Assembly (NCBI RefSeq): GCF_006345805.1
Contig: NC_042999.1
Coordinates: forward strand, 120,714,001 to 120,778,000
Origin: Octopus sinensis
Lineage: Eukaryota
Direction of reading: 5' to 3'
DNA length: 64,000 nucleotides
Positions 37,753 to 49,889 of this stretch are shown one piece after another. A program made the position numbers and the translations under genes. The notes under the pieces were generated by a model. That model searched no databases, was not told where the DNA came from, and saw only the letters and a list, made by a program, of their open reading frames with translations. Numbering within the stretch: position 1 is the stretch's first letter; each line of letters starts with the position of its first letter.

Positions 37753-40700
37753 ATATAATTATGTGTGAGAAAATAAATAATTTTCACTAACGGTTCAGGC
37801 TATAAAACATTGAAGCTGATTTCAACGTTGCATTGAATTGAAAGTTAATTTTATTATGATTTGGTTAAATATTTCAATTTGTTCGTGTCACCATCGATCT
37901 GGTTTGCAAGTTCATGTTTAAGGATTTATTGATTATTTACAGCATCTAATATAAATAGAACTTCCGGGATAAACTTGAACTCCAGTAACAGCATTTATTT
38001 ATAGCAAATGTGCACACTTCTACAAAAATGGACAAGGAATTGTTATATAAAGTAAACAAGAAATTAATAGAAACAATTTTTAGAGTATTATATATTCCCA
38101 TTTCAGGGTTACGTTACTTTCGGAGTATTTTCCCATTATGCACAGTTTTGGCTATTTATGGTGGCACCCCAAAACACCGCGAAAGTTGTTTTATTCCGTT
38201 TGTATTCACATTTCAGGGGTACCTTTCTTTCAGAGTATTTTCCCATTATGCGCCGGTTAGGCTGTATGAAATAACAGAAAAGCACGCACGCAAGTAAGCA
38301 ATCACAGAGTTTTAGTAGTGTATAGATAACGAGTCTTGATCGATTATGTAAGTGTTTCTATAATATCACTTTCAATCATTCAAACCATTCTAAAATATGA
38401 ATGTTAGTTTGAGTTTGGAGGACGTAAGTGTATTCCTTATGAAAAGTGAGTGTTGAATTTCAACGCATTCTTTCTTTCTTTTATCGGCGCTAATAATAAA
38501 ATTTATTGAATTGACATAAATTTCCTAATCAAATAAGGGATATAAATTTCATAGAGAAATTAATATAATATTTTGCTTGTTTTAATCTGTTTTCTGAATA
38601 TTTGTATCAAATAATTAAAGGTTCTGCAAGTACATGGATTTTATATCACTTAAACTAGTGATGCTAAAATTATTCATTGTGTTGAGACGTTTTGCACATT
38701 TAGAACCGTGTATAATATAATTAATCGAAAATGTATCACTCTGATAAAGATAAACAATAATACTGATTATTTACCAGGCTAAATTTTGCCAAAAAGTGAA
38801 GAGGGGCGTTGCCGAGTCCTATTCACAAGAATACTATTGTAATAAAATCTGAACTAAAGAAATTTCAACTCACCTTTAGAATCACATCCAGCTTGTTAAT
38901 GTTTAACATTTACACTGTTCACTGCCCATTAATCATTATAATACTATACACACGAATAGAGACTATCAAAAGGTAAGCAATACGTTCACAATGATTTAGA
39001 ATCATAGCTCAGATGGAATTTAATTTTGAATTTATTTTATCTCACTTACATTGAACATACTCTTGATAAAGCATTTTACAATCACAACATAAATCTTATT
39101 CCGTATTTATTTTCATATTGTGTATTATTAATATTTTTGGACTAACGTTTACCTTGTTCTCTTGACGTCTTTCATGTCACAAGAACCAAATAATGCATAT
39201 TACATTCTCTGCGTCGATTGCATTGTCTAGTGATAACTTAATCATGGCAACCTGTATCATAAGCAGCAGTTTGTAGAAGTACTCTTCTTCCTGAACCATC
39301 TGACACTAATGAGTTTGAGGCTTTTATGCCGTGTAACATCGGCTGCAAATATATTTCACCTCTGACACGTTCGCAATAAATAAGCTTATAATTTACGTAT
39401 TAATCCATACACAAAATTGTAATGCTAAACCATCCAAATGGTTCATGTGCATCTGCACTGCTTCTATGTTGGCAAAGAAAATAGGCTACAACAAATGGAG
39501 AAAATCGTCTGCTGTACTTAACCAGTAACTGTTCACCCATCATAACAACACATAAAAGTTAACTATCAGTATAGCTAAATAATGTCTTAACAAAGGATTT
39601 GTCAGCCTCGTCCAAATTGGAGTAAGTCCTTCTAGCCCCTTGTATGACTATCGCTACCAATTTTGTAACATTTTTTGATTGCCACTTTTTAAAAGCATTA
39701 ACTTTCCTGAAAAGACAGCCATTACATTTTCTACCACTTTATTATCATTTCCGTCATATAAACTGATTCACCATAAGACCATCCTCATCCACTTCATAAC
39801 AGCTTGTCAAAAAAACTATGCTTGTAAACATGACCATGCATTCCTGTCTTATTTCTATTTCTCATTTTTTTTTTTACTTTAGATAGTGTATCGCTTTTAT
39901 TTCCGTTTGTTTCAGTCACTCTGGTTTTGTTTCCCTTTCGTAATCTCTGTTTTTGTTATATCCTTAACTCACTTACTCATTATCACTTGTTGTACACACG
40001 TGTATGCAGAATTATATCACCCTTAACACCAGGTGTTTTTTTCCTGCCTGACCCAAGAAGCCTTACAACACTAATTTCATGAACTTAGCCTAAAAAAATC
40101 TTCCTCTATTAAAAACATAATAATCTGTCCTCATTCAACGACAGAAAGGCATAGATATTTCCAGTATTAACAAAACACACCAACAACACTACATCATACT
40201 TATATATGATCAGTTTGCAGTCAAATCCTTCACAGCATCTTCACCTACTAGACGTTAACAATCGCTTGTTGCCTCTCTCGAAGATTAAACTTTTCTAACT
40301 TAGCTAAAACTGCATTTCGAGTCCAAGCTTCTAACAAAAGGTATTCTTTCATGACACAGGTGCAACGATAACGCAACTCACAACATAATTCAATAACATT
40401 TTAAATTATTTTGAATTCATCATGCTCTAGAAGAGCAAAAGTTTGCAACAAATTAAAAAAAAAATTGCAAAATATAGCTCCGATAAATGCTATAGTTATC
40501 CAATCGATTAAAATCTACACTGAAAATTAATGGCCAGCACCAACTAAGAAGATTATATTTTGCAAGATCAATACTGTATGAAAGTGCTACGAGGTTTTAT
40601 CACAAAATTTCTGGTCTGTACTTTTTGTGATTGCACTCTGCAATGGAAATGTGTGAGGCTGGCGATTATTAGTAGCCAGCCCATTGCGTGTTGAAACAGG

Positions 40701-41629
40701 TTTTATGCAACAAACTCTACAACAGCTTTTTAAACGTGAAGTAGATTTTGACAGATCCAAAGGGTGGGCGTTCTTCATACCCTGCCGTGACGTTGTCTTA
40801 TTTTAATTGATGCTGGTTAAAAGGACTTTTTTCTGCATTGTGCTTGATATTTCGGCGAAACAGTCAGATCACAATGTAAGTCCCCCAGGGTGAAATTTCC
40901 AATGACATGATGCCTAAATATAAATGAGAAATTAAGTAAATTATCTACTGGGGAATTGATATACCTGGATCTTTCTGATATGATTTTCTTACGTCACTTC
41001 GAATAATAAGCAAAATAAATATATAGTTTTTTTTTAATTCATGATTTGTTAAACAGATCGAAATAGGAATAAATCAAATATCTGCGAAAAGAGGAACAAA
41101 ATATTTTCATCTAAAAGCATATAAATTTTAAGTAACCTAGTTTAGAGTTGGAATTCTGTAATATGAAGATTAGAAAACACATCACAATCTAACAGTGTTT
41201 ATTAAAACAAATAAACAAAATTACATTCAATAATGCCGACTATCTCAATGTTTTATCGAACCGGTTTATAAATATAATAAATGTTCGCACTTCCTTCGTG
41301 CATGCTCGAATCGATTAGATACATTGGCCAGTACGCTCTTTAAAAAAGGTGAGGCAAGTATAAAGCATGCCTGTTTCACCAATTTCGTCTAGAGTTATTA
41401 CTGAATAGAAAACATTGTTTTCTTAAGATATATTGCAGCTTGCGAGAAGTATTTTTTCTGGAAGCTAGAAGATTACTCGTCACTCTGATTATCATAAAAA
41501 TCAATATTAGTTTCTTTTTATGCATACGCAAAGAGAACAGTCTTCTTTACAGCAGGACATAAATGTAGTACTATCTATATATATGCAGATGTTCTGAGAC
41601 ACACACAAGCAGACATAACTACACAATAA

Positions 41630-41679
41630 TAAACCCGAATACACACACATACACACAAACACGTACACACTTGCATGTT

Positions 41680-41716
<37 letters not shown>

Positions 41717-42068
41717 GAATACATACAGTATATACACGTATATATATATATATACACACAAACACTCACACACGTATATATATTTGTATTAATGTGTGTC
41801 TATATGAAATATACATATATATGAATATATATATATATATTTATAAGTATATAAGATATATCCATACGCAGATAGAGGGGAAATGTTTGTTTCCAATCTC
41901 AATATATTTTTATTTACCTAACTTACATCTACACTCGCACACAAAAAAACTGGCTCGTACAGGGAATGTAAATGTACACAGATGTACACAAGTTTATATG
42001 TGCGCGTGTGGCTATGTACATATATGTATATATGTACATATATGTATATATGTACATATATGTATATA

Positions 42069-42142
<74 letters not shown>

Positions 42143-42442
42143 ATATATATATAGGTATGAGTAGTTGGGCTTGTGTAGTAGTATATATTAGATTTAAGAT
42201 AGGTTTCTTGCATATAGCTTGATTGTATTATTCATTCGTATACACAGTCCTATATAGAAGTGAACTGTGTGCATCTCTCCCTCTCTTCCTGTCCCTCTCT
42301 GAAATCTACATATACATACACACATATATACTGCAGATATACATGCGTAGATATAGTCATACATGTGTATGTGTGTGTATGTGTGTGTGTGTGTACGCAT
42401 GCACAGATTCACGCACAGTTATGTATGTACGTATATGTACAC

Positions 42443-42495
<53 letters not shown>
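41630..42495. repeat. Compound (TA)n/(CA)n microsatellite field including an 18-bp TACATATATGTATATATG minisatellite (about 42017-42075)
   Basis: Seen directly; it is the source of many spurious YI/IY ORFs. Confidence 0.92.
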
Positions 42496-42501
<6 letters not shown>

Positions 42502-43649
42502 ATTTCATGTATCTAGATAATCTTCTTGCTCGACAGTTATCGCGGCGCCTGCTGTTATGTTCAATCATGCAGTCATGGCGAGCTGTTTGTTGTTCTATTT
42601 CTTCCAATCTTTTGATTAAGTCAGATTGACATCTCCATTTATAATAAAACCATAAAATCATTCTCGTCTTTTTTTTATAATACTCTTTTAGCATATACAA
42701 CTCTTTCTCCCATTTCCCAATATATTTTTGGATCTATTTTAAATACGCAGCGTGTTATTACTGAGTTCTTTATATTCTGAGTACTGTCTGGTAATATGCA
42801 TAGTAAAGCTTCTTTGTAACATTTCTTGGATTGTTTTATACGAATGGCTAATTAATAACAGGAAAAAATGTCTATGTTTAATATTTCTCGAAACAAACCA
42901 TTATAGCAGTTTAATGAAAATCTATGTGATTTTTTTTCTTGAACAGAAAGAGACAACATTCGAATAGGAAGCAGAAAATAATAGAAATTCTGGTTTAAAT
43001 TTATGTTTATTAAGGTAGTATATTATTGTTACTTTCAAGAAATATAACTTAATGAATGCTACATTGGCAACGTTTTGTAAGCAGTAAATATAAAAGATAT
43101 GCAGTTGCTAATTAACACTGCTTAATTAGGGATAGTACCTTGTGCGCAAGAAATAGACAGCTAAAAGCTAAATCTGAGAGTAAAATTTTGAAAATTGATT
43201 CAGTTTCTTAATAATTAATCATAATAATCAGAAGCTAATGTAAGAATGTTAAGTAATTTTCCTTATTGAGTAAAGAAAAACTATAGTAGCAGACAATATA
43301 TTTGACATTGATTTTGGCTATAGCTGAGATAGTAAAACGCACGAATGCAGGCACACATACACACACATATATACGTGCAATCGTGTGTGTATATATAATA
43401 TTCATTACATCGTATGTATGTATATGTATAATATACATATACGTATACATGCATGCATATATATATATTTATATATTTATATCTATGTGTGCGTGCATAT
43501 ATGTATGTGAGGGTATACACAGGCAAACATGCACGAGTACATGCATATTTGTGTCGCGTGCACGAGAGTGCCTTTGGCTTTACTGCAGTCTACTTATCTA
43601 TAACCTAGCTTCACCATTGAACATCCAAACAGCAACTGTTCCCTGTCCT

Positions 43650-44650
43650 TGCTTGACTTCCGGCTAAACATCACGGGGAAGAGAAAAACTGATACGATGT
43701 TCTACTGAAAATGAGCTTACCGGGATCTCTTGGTCCATTACAAGTCGGTCCTCCCCATAAGGGTTAAGATAAGATATATGTATAACAATATCACAAAAAA
43801 GACGCAGCGACAATACCAGCTCCGACGCACATGCTGCTCAGTTCCTGGAGGTAATTCAGACCAGTGAACACCGGAAGTCCGTTATTAACTCCTTTTACGA
43901 GCACAAGCCAAATACATGTGGAAAAAAGGATCTCCCTAAAACCTACTTCTTAAAGATTTCCCACTTTAACGAGTTGACCTCCTCCATGCTATACAAGGTC
44001 ATCTGCTGGAAAGGATTTGATATCCTGCTGCCTCATTTAGGGCCGTCCCTAAGTAAACATCTGTCAACTCGGCGGTCACGTGCAGAACAACAGCCCTGCA
44101 CAGTGGGAAACATCCCTATTCGCAACACTAATATGCGCCTTCGTACATACATAATATACTATATACGTTGTTCAAAATGCAACAATTTTTACATCAGTAG
44201 TACAATCCGATCACTCAATAAGCGAATGAAAGAGTACCTCAGTACTGAAGCGTCCTTCCTTTCCCAAACACTTAAGAAAATGCGGTAGCACCACCAAAGA
44301 CAAATACGTCTCTATATTGGCCTCAGAGATGAACAAAAGAAGCCTTCGTGCCAAAAAAGCTATATTAATCTGCCACCTCAACCTCGAATTCAACAGTCGA
44401 TCGGAAATGGGCCGGTGGCTCCTATGCAAATATCACGGCGACTACATCCAACATCATAACATACGCCGCGAACATCATTTTCCACCACCACCACCACATG
44501 AAAATACGTCCAATAGCCAACCGTTGGAGAGTGGCTGTTGTTAACCCAAATGCCGAGCAGTTTAAAATAAAATAACGAAGTCGATGCAACTAGCCTTTCC
44601 GGGACTGCTTCTTTCTGAAGATAGGCGTTTGCGCCTAAAATATAGAGGCT
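43650..44650 (+). mobile_element. Penelope-like element 3' fragment (thumb + GIY-YIG), decayed
   Basis: LVHYKSVLPIRVK is thumb-like. IIYYIRCSKCNNFYISSTIRSLNKRMKEYL is a GIY-YIG with the CxxC typical of PLEs. A hammerhead-like motif follows. Confidence 0.78.
44611..44648 (+). ncRNA. Degenerate minimal hammerhead ribozyme (PLE type)
   Basis: CTTT-CTGAAGA-T-AGGCG/TTTG/CGCCT-AAAA-TATA-GAGG. The CUGANGA core and 5-bp stem II are intact, the GAAA box is mutated to AAAA, and stem I is weak. Confidence 0.5.
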
Positions 44651-45234
44651 TTTGTAAAACATTCTGCTTTGTTAGACGCTTTCTTCATCTTCCTTTTCTT
44701 CTAATTCTGTACTACAATGCTTTCAGCGGACTACACTGCTCTTATTAATATTTTAGATTCACCTCTACAAATTTAGACCCTTCACCACCACAGACGTTTC
44801 CCGTGGAGATTAAACATTTGCCTACGTAGCCTGGCCCTACATGAATTGAGCCTACCTCATTTTCAATTTGTCACCCACAGTAATGAATCAATTTATGTTA
44901 AAATATTACAAATATCTCTCACCAATCTGTCTATAAATATGCATTGGTTTTCTATATCCTCTCTATCAATATCCAGCTCTAACTACTGTCCATTCGTTGA
45001 ATATTTTCAGCCTTTTACGTCATACGCAGATTAGTCCGTTCAGAGTCAGTCACTCTTCCAACATGTTAACTTAAATCAAATGTTTCTCACAATGAGATAT
45101 TTCTTACCTCAACCTTATATTACGTGTTATTACCATTCTTTACTTATTGAAAATTCAGTTCTATATTTAAGGGACGAGGAAATATGTACGTTATTTACAA
45201 TTTACGGATATATGTCCCCATCTTCTTTGTTGTT

Positions 45235-45280
45235 AACACAACGTTTCGGCTGATGTACCCTCCAGCCTTCATCAAGTGTC
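45235..45280 (-). ncRNA. Minimal type-I hammerhead ribozyme in Penelope terminal repeat (C3U mutant)
   Basis: Reverse strand GACAC-TTGATGA-A-GGCTG/GAGGGTACAT/CAGCC-GAAAC-GTT-GTGTT: 5-bp stem I, 5-bp stem II, palindromic AACGTT in place of stem III, and a GUU cleavage triplet. Confidence 0.8.
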
Positions 45281-45289
45281 TTGGGGAAA

Positions 45290-45291
45290 TA

Positions 45292-45364
<73 letters not shown>

Positions 45365-45373
45365 TACTACTAC

Positions 45374-45440
<67 letters not shown>
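45290..45440. repeat. (TTA)n tract, 3' tail/target of the Dong-like element
   Basis: Seen directly in the sequence. Confidence 0.95.
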
Positions 45441-45444
<4 letters not shown>

Positions 45445-48400
45445 TAGTTTTATTTTTATAGCGTGCTTTCACTTCACTACCGAGCGCTGCTCTGTGTGCC
45501 TTAGGTATGTGCTGTGATTTGTTGTGATGCTCTGATGGTTATTGTATGGAAAGTGTTCTGCGTAGGATGTGTGCAGTGCCTAGTAGTGCAATTTTCTGTA
45601 TGTTATATGTGTTTGTAAGTCCTGGTGTTTTTGTTACGTATTTGTCTGAATATCTTTTATCATGCTTAATGCACCTACTATGATAGGAATTGTTTCTGTT
45701 TTTGATTCCGCATTCTGGTTACCTCTATTTCCAGGTCTTTGTATTTTGAAAGTTTCTCCATTTCTTTTAGAGACACGTTGTCATCTGCCGGTATTGATAC
45801 ATCAATTAGAAAGCATTTTTTTTCTTCATGATCTCTGACAACTATATCTGGTCTGTTGGCCTTAATTTCTCTATCTGCGTGTATCGGCATATCCCAGAGT
45901 ATGGTTGCTTTCTCGTTTTCTGTGACCTTTTCTGGTGTGTGCTTATATATCTTCTTTCTGATTTTATTCTATAGTGTTGGCATACCTTCCAGTGTATGTA
46001 AGTTCGAACTCTGTCGTGTCTGTGAATATATTCCTTCTTAATCAGGACTGGGTAGCCAGAGATAATATGATTTATTGTTTCTTGTCCATCACATATTCTG
46101 CAGTTACCTGTTATGTTTATTTTCATTATGTTTTTGGTAATTTCTGGTGGGGAGTCTTTGGTCTTGTACTGCAATTAAAAATCCTTCTGTCTCTGCTGTG
46201 AATCCTGTGCTTTCAACCATTGCTGTGATTCTTCTCTGTATATTTCTTTTGCGTTTAGTTTAGTCTAGTATTTACCATGAAGGGGCTTTTCTTGCCATCG
46301 TTTTATCATGGTTCGTTGCTGTTCTATTTTTAGTTTGGATTTCATTTGTTTTATAGCTTTTGTTGTTTCTTCATCTCCTTCTTTTTCATATTTATTAGGT
46401 GGTATGATTTCTTGTTTGTATTTATCAGCTTCCTTAAATACTGAGAACGGTTTTTTGTTTTGCTCGTGTTTTGCCGCCATTTGTATCAGTTTTCCTTCCT
46501 TCTGAAGTAGATATTTTTGCAGTCCTATAGTGGTTATTTTATAGTGGTTTTCCAGCTGTATAAGGCCTCTACCACCTTCTATACGTTGTATATATAGTCT
46601 TTCTACGTCAGATTTTGGGTGATGCATCCTAGATCCTGTCATTATTTTTCTTGTTTTCCTATCTATTTTGGTCAGTTCATTTAGTGTCCAGTTAAGAATA
46701 TTGTAGCTGTAACTTATAACTGGGACAGCTAAACTGTTAATACCTATTATCTTGTTTTTAGCATTGAGCTCTATTTTTAGTATTGATCTAACTCGTCTAT
46801 AATATTCTTTTTATATTTTCTCTTTCATTTGTGTGTGTTGTGTCTTATCTAGTTCATGGATTCCTAAGTATTTGTAAGTTTGGCTTTGGTCTAATTCTTT
46901 TATTTCATTGGTTTTATCTAGTGTGATGTTGCTACTCTTAACTAGTTTTCCTCTTTTCATGGTTACTTTGGCGCATTTTTCTAATCCAAATTTCATATCT
47001 ATTTCTTTGGTAAATCCATGAACTGTCTTTAATAGTGTTTCCAGCTGTTTGTCATTTGCAGCGTATAGTTTTAGGTCATCCATATATAAAAGGTGGCTGA
47101 TCGTTTTGCCGTAACATTTATATCCACATCCAGTTCTATTTAGCATATCAGATAGAGTTGACAGTGCCAAGCAGAAAAGGAGTGGAGAGAGCGTGTCTCC
47201 CTGGAATATTCCTCTTCTAATCGGGATGGCTTTGGTTTTCATGGGTCCCTCTTTTGTTTGGAGCTGTAGCACGGTTTGCCATTTATTCATAGAGTGCCCT
47301 ATGAATTTTATAATTGTTGGTGCTAGTGTTTCTAGGATCCATGTGTGGGGGATGCTATCAAGCGCCTTTTTGTAGTCGATCCAGGCCATACTGAGGTATT
47401 TCTTCTTTCTGTGGCTGTCTTCAGTTATGGCTTTATTAATCATTAGTTGATCTTTACAACCATATGAGCCTTTGCGGCATCCTTTCTGCTCTTCTGGAAG
47501 CAGATTGTTTTCGTCCAGGTGCTTGTTCAATCTTTGCGCACTGCAGTAAATGCCTTGTACATAGTAGGGAGACTGGTTATTGGTCTGTAGTTTTCTGGTT
47601 TTGCTGTTTCATTTGATTTGGAAATTAAGATGGTTTTCCCCTTCGTGAGCCGTCCAGGCATTGTCTCTGGCTCTGCTAGTATGTTGTTAAAGTTTTCAGC
47701 CAGCTTTTTGTGCATCCCTTTTAGATATTACAACCAGAAGTTGGGGATCTTGTCGTGCCCAGGTGCCTTCCAGTTGCTTAGGCTTTGCAGTGCCTGGGTG
47801 AGCTCTTCAGTTGTTATGGGGGGTCCAAAGTTGCTCAGATGCTGAGTTTGCTGTTTTGATACTCCTTTTTTTGGGTTGTTCGTTCGCCGACCATATTTCT
47901 CTCCAGAATTCTTCCACTTCTTCTGCTGTTGGTGCTGCAGTGATTTCTATTTTATTTTTGCCAAGTTCTTGGTAGAACTTTTTGGGGTTGGAGTTGAACT
48001 TTTTGTTTTGTTCAAAGAAGCGCTGGCGTTTCTCGAACCGGCGGATCCTTTGTGCTTTGGCAAGGATATCTTGCTTCAGCTTTTCTTTTATCTCAGGTAA
48101 ATCTTTTTCTGTGATGTTATATTTGCGGAGTATTATTGTTTTCTTTTTGCTGCTCAGTAGCGTTGATTGTCTACTGATTTCATTAAGAATCGACAGATCT
48201 TTTCTCATTTTTTGTATTTTGTTTTGGGTGTTATTTATCCACAGGGTTTGTTTGGGTGGTGGTGGTACTCCTGTTTGGATGGGTTTGAGTGAGTATCCAG
48301 CTTCTTTTGTGGCTGCAGTGGCTGCTGCATATACTAAGTCATTTCTCAGTGATATCGCTTTTTGTTTCAGTGGCTATTAGTTCCGTGACGGCTAGGTTTA

Positions 48401-49603
48401 TGCTGTTTATAACTGGTGTTGTTGTTTCGTTTATTTTGATTTTTGGGAGGTATGGTCGGTGGTCCATTTTGAGCTCTGTGATTTTCAGTTCTTTGACTAT
48501 TTTACTGTTTATAGTATCATAATCATTAGGCTCCCCTTCGTTGTTTCCAGGTTTTAGATTTGTGTCGCTTTCTTTCTTATTTATATGTTTGTTTGCCGTG
48601 TTTTGGCTTGCTGTTTGTCGTGTATTATTATGCATCCTTACAGTATGGGTTTGTTGTTTTTTGTTTACATCGTGTTTGTTGGGAATGTTACGTTTGTCTT
48701 CGTGTTTCCCTGTTTCAGTGTTTATATTATTGGGCATTGTTGTGTGGCTTCTATCTACATTTTCCTGGTGTATTTTTTCTTTTAGATGTTCTATTTCTAT
48801 TTTTGATATTTTTTTGGCGTTGAGAATGTATCTTCGTACGTTAGCTAGTTTATTAGAGTTCATTGCTGTATCCAAGTCTATATTTATGTTATTTTCTTTC
48901 CATATTTTATAAGTATGTGTTGTTGTGTTTTCATTTTTTGGGTAGAGCACTGCTGTGAAGTAAGCGTGTAGGATAGAAATGTATTCCTCACGTGTCCATT
49001 TATGTCTTTTGGGTTTTATTTGCGGGACATGAGGAACAACGTCCGGCCCATTATTTTGACGGTCGTCATTTTCGTAGGGTACCGGTCCGTTCATTTCTGT
49101 TGTCACATTGTTTTGCACGTGTAGTTTTTCGTACATTTTATGTTGTAAGTTTAAAGTACGCACCTCCCGATTGTTATTCTTGGGTTGAATAATATCGGTG
49201 GTATTTAATTTCTTCGTAGTTCCTTTGTAAATGGTGTTTGGGGTCGGGGATGGTCTAGTGTTGATGGATCGTAATGAACCACGCATGTTTACATGTGTTG
49301 TGTAAGAGGTGGAGATGATATCGAGTCAAAATACATCATTTCGTTTCGAAAATAGTAATAAATTTCAATGAGTATTACTTACTCGGGTACAGTCCAATCC
49401 TTTGTTAGTAAATCTTTGGCTCCATACGATGTCCTTGTTTTCGATGTTTGTGGATAGATTGCAGAGCTCTGTTTTATCGTTCTTACATCTTAAACGTCCC
49501 TCGGTGTCGCATCTTAATCGTCCCCCGGTGTCACATCTTAAACGTCCCCCGGTGTCCACATCTTAAACGTCCCCCGGTGTCCCTTAAACATCCCCCAGTG
49601 TCC
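45441..49603 (-). mobile_element. Near full-length (about 4.2 kb) R4/Dong-like non-LTR retrotransposon, frameshifted
   Basis: N-term ORF 49286-48339 (HKWTREEY motif); RT 47530-46811 (EEQKGC, AWIDYKKALDSIPH, RGIFQGDTLSPLLF, HLLYMDDLKLY, YKYLG); thumb 46642-46265; CCHC-derived CRICDGQETINHIISGY; RLE ANRPDIVVRD...LIDVSIP...KYKDL; and the 3' UTR. AAT-type tracts lie on both sides. Confidence 0.95.
49485..49603. repeat. 24-bp tandem repeat (ACATCTTAAACGTCCCCCGGTGTC), about 4.8 copies, at the LINE 5' end
   Basis: Units start at 49485, 49509, 49533 and 49558, with a partial unit at about 49583. There are no spacers. Confidence 0.95.
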
Positions 49604-49609
49604 TTATTA

Positions 49610-49662
<53 letters not shown>

Positions 49663-49677
49663 AATATTATTATTATT

Positions 49678-49733
<56 letters not shown>

Positions 49734-49790
49734 TATTGTTATTATTATTATCATTATTATTATTATTGTTGTTGTTATTGTTGTTGCTAT

Positions 49791-49866
49791 TCAGGTCACT
49801 GCCTGGACTCAAACTCGCAATCTTGGGGTTAGTTGCCGGCGCTCTTAAACACTAAGTCATATGCCC
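49791..49866 (-). other. tRNA-like (Pol III A/B-box) cassette in the Penelope 3' terminus
   Basis: The reverse strand has an A-box-like TGACTTAGTGT (49849-49859) and a B-box-like GAGTTTGAGTCC (49805-49816), 32 nt apart, followed directly by (AAC/AAT)n. The acceptor stem does not pair, so this is not a functional tRNA gene. Confidence 0.68.
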
Positions 49867-49889
49867 GTGGGCAATTATGGAGTGAATTT

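Noticed and set aside
44770-44860. Minus-strand GAAACGTC motif as another hammerhead
   Set aside because: There is no CUGANGA core or stem II at the required distance.
45856-49192. Long + strand ORFs over the Dong element, and similar ones such as 9109-9645 and 13762-14031
   Set aside because: These are antisense shadows of A-rich LINE coding sequence.
49290-49480. HDV-like ribozyme in the R4/Dong 5' UTR (also tried 5830-5960 and 12590-12840)
   Set aside because: I could not assemble the nested P1-P4 pseudoknot by eye; a covariance-model search is needed.
49485-49603. 24-bp repeats as a CRISPR array
   Set aside because: The units are contiguous with no unique spacers, there are no cas genes, and the context is eukaryotic.
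49791-49866. Functional tRNA gene
   Set aside because: The A/B boxes are mutated and the acceptor and T stems do not pair; treated as a tRNA-derived cassette.
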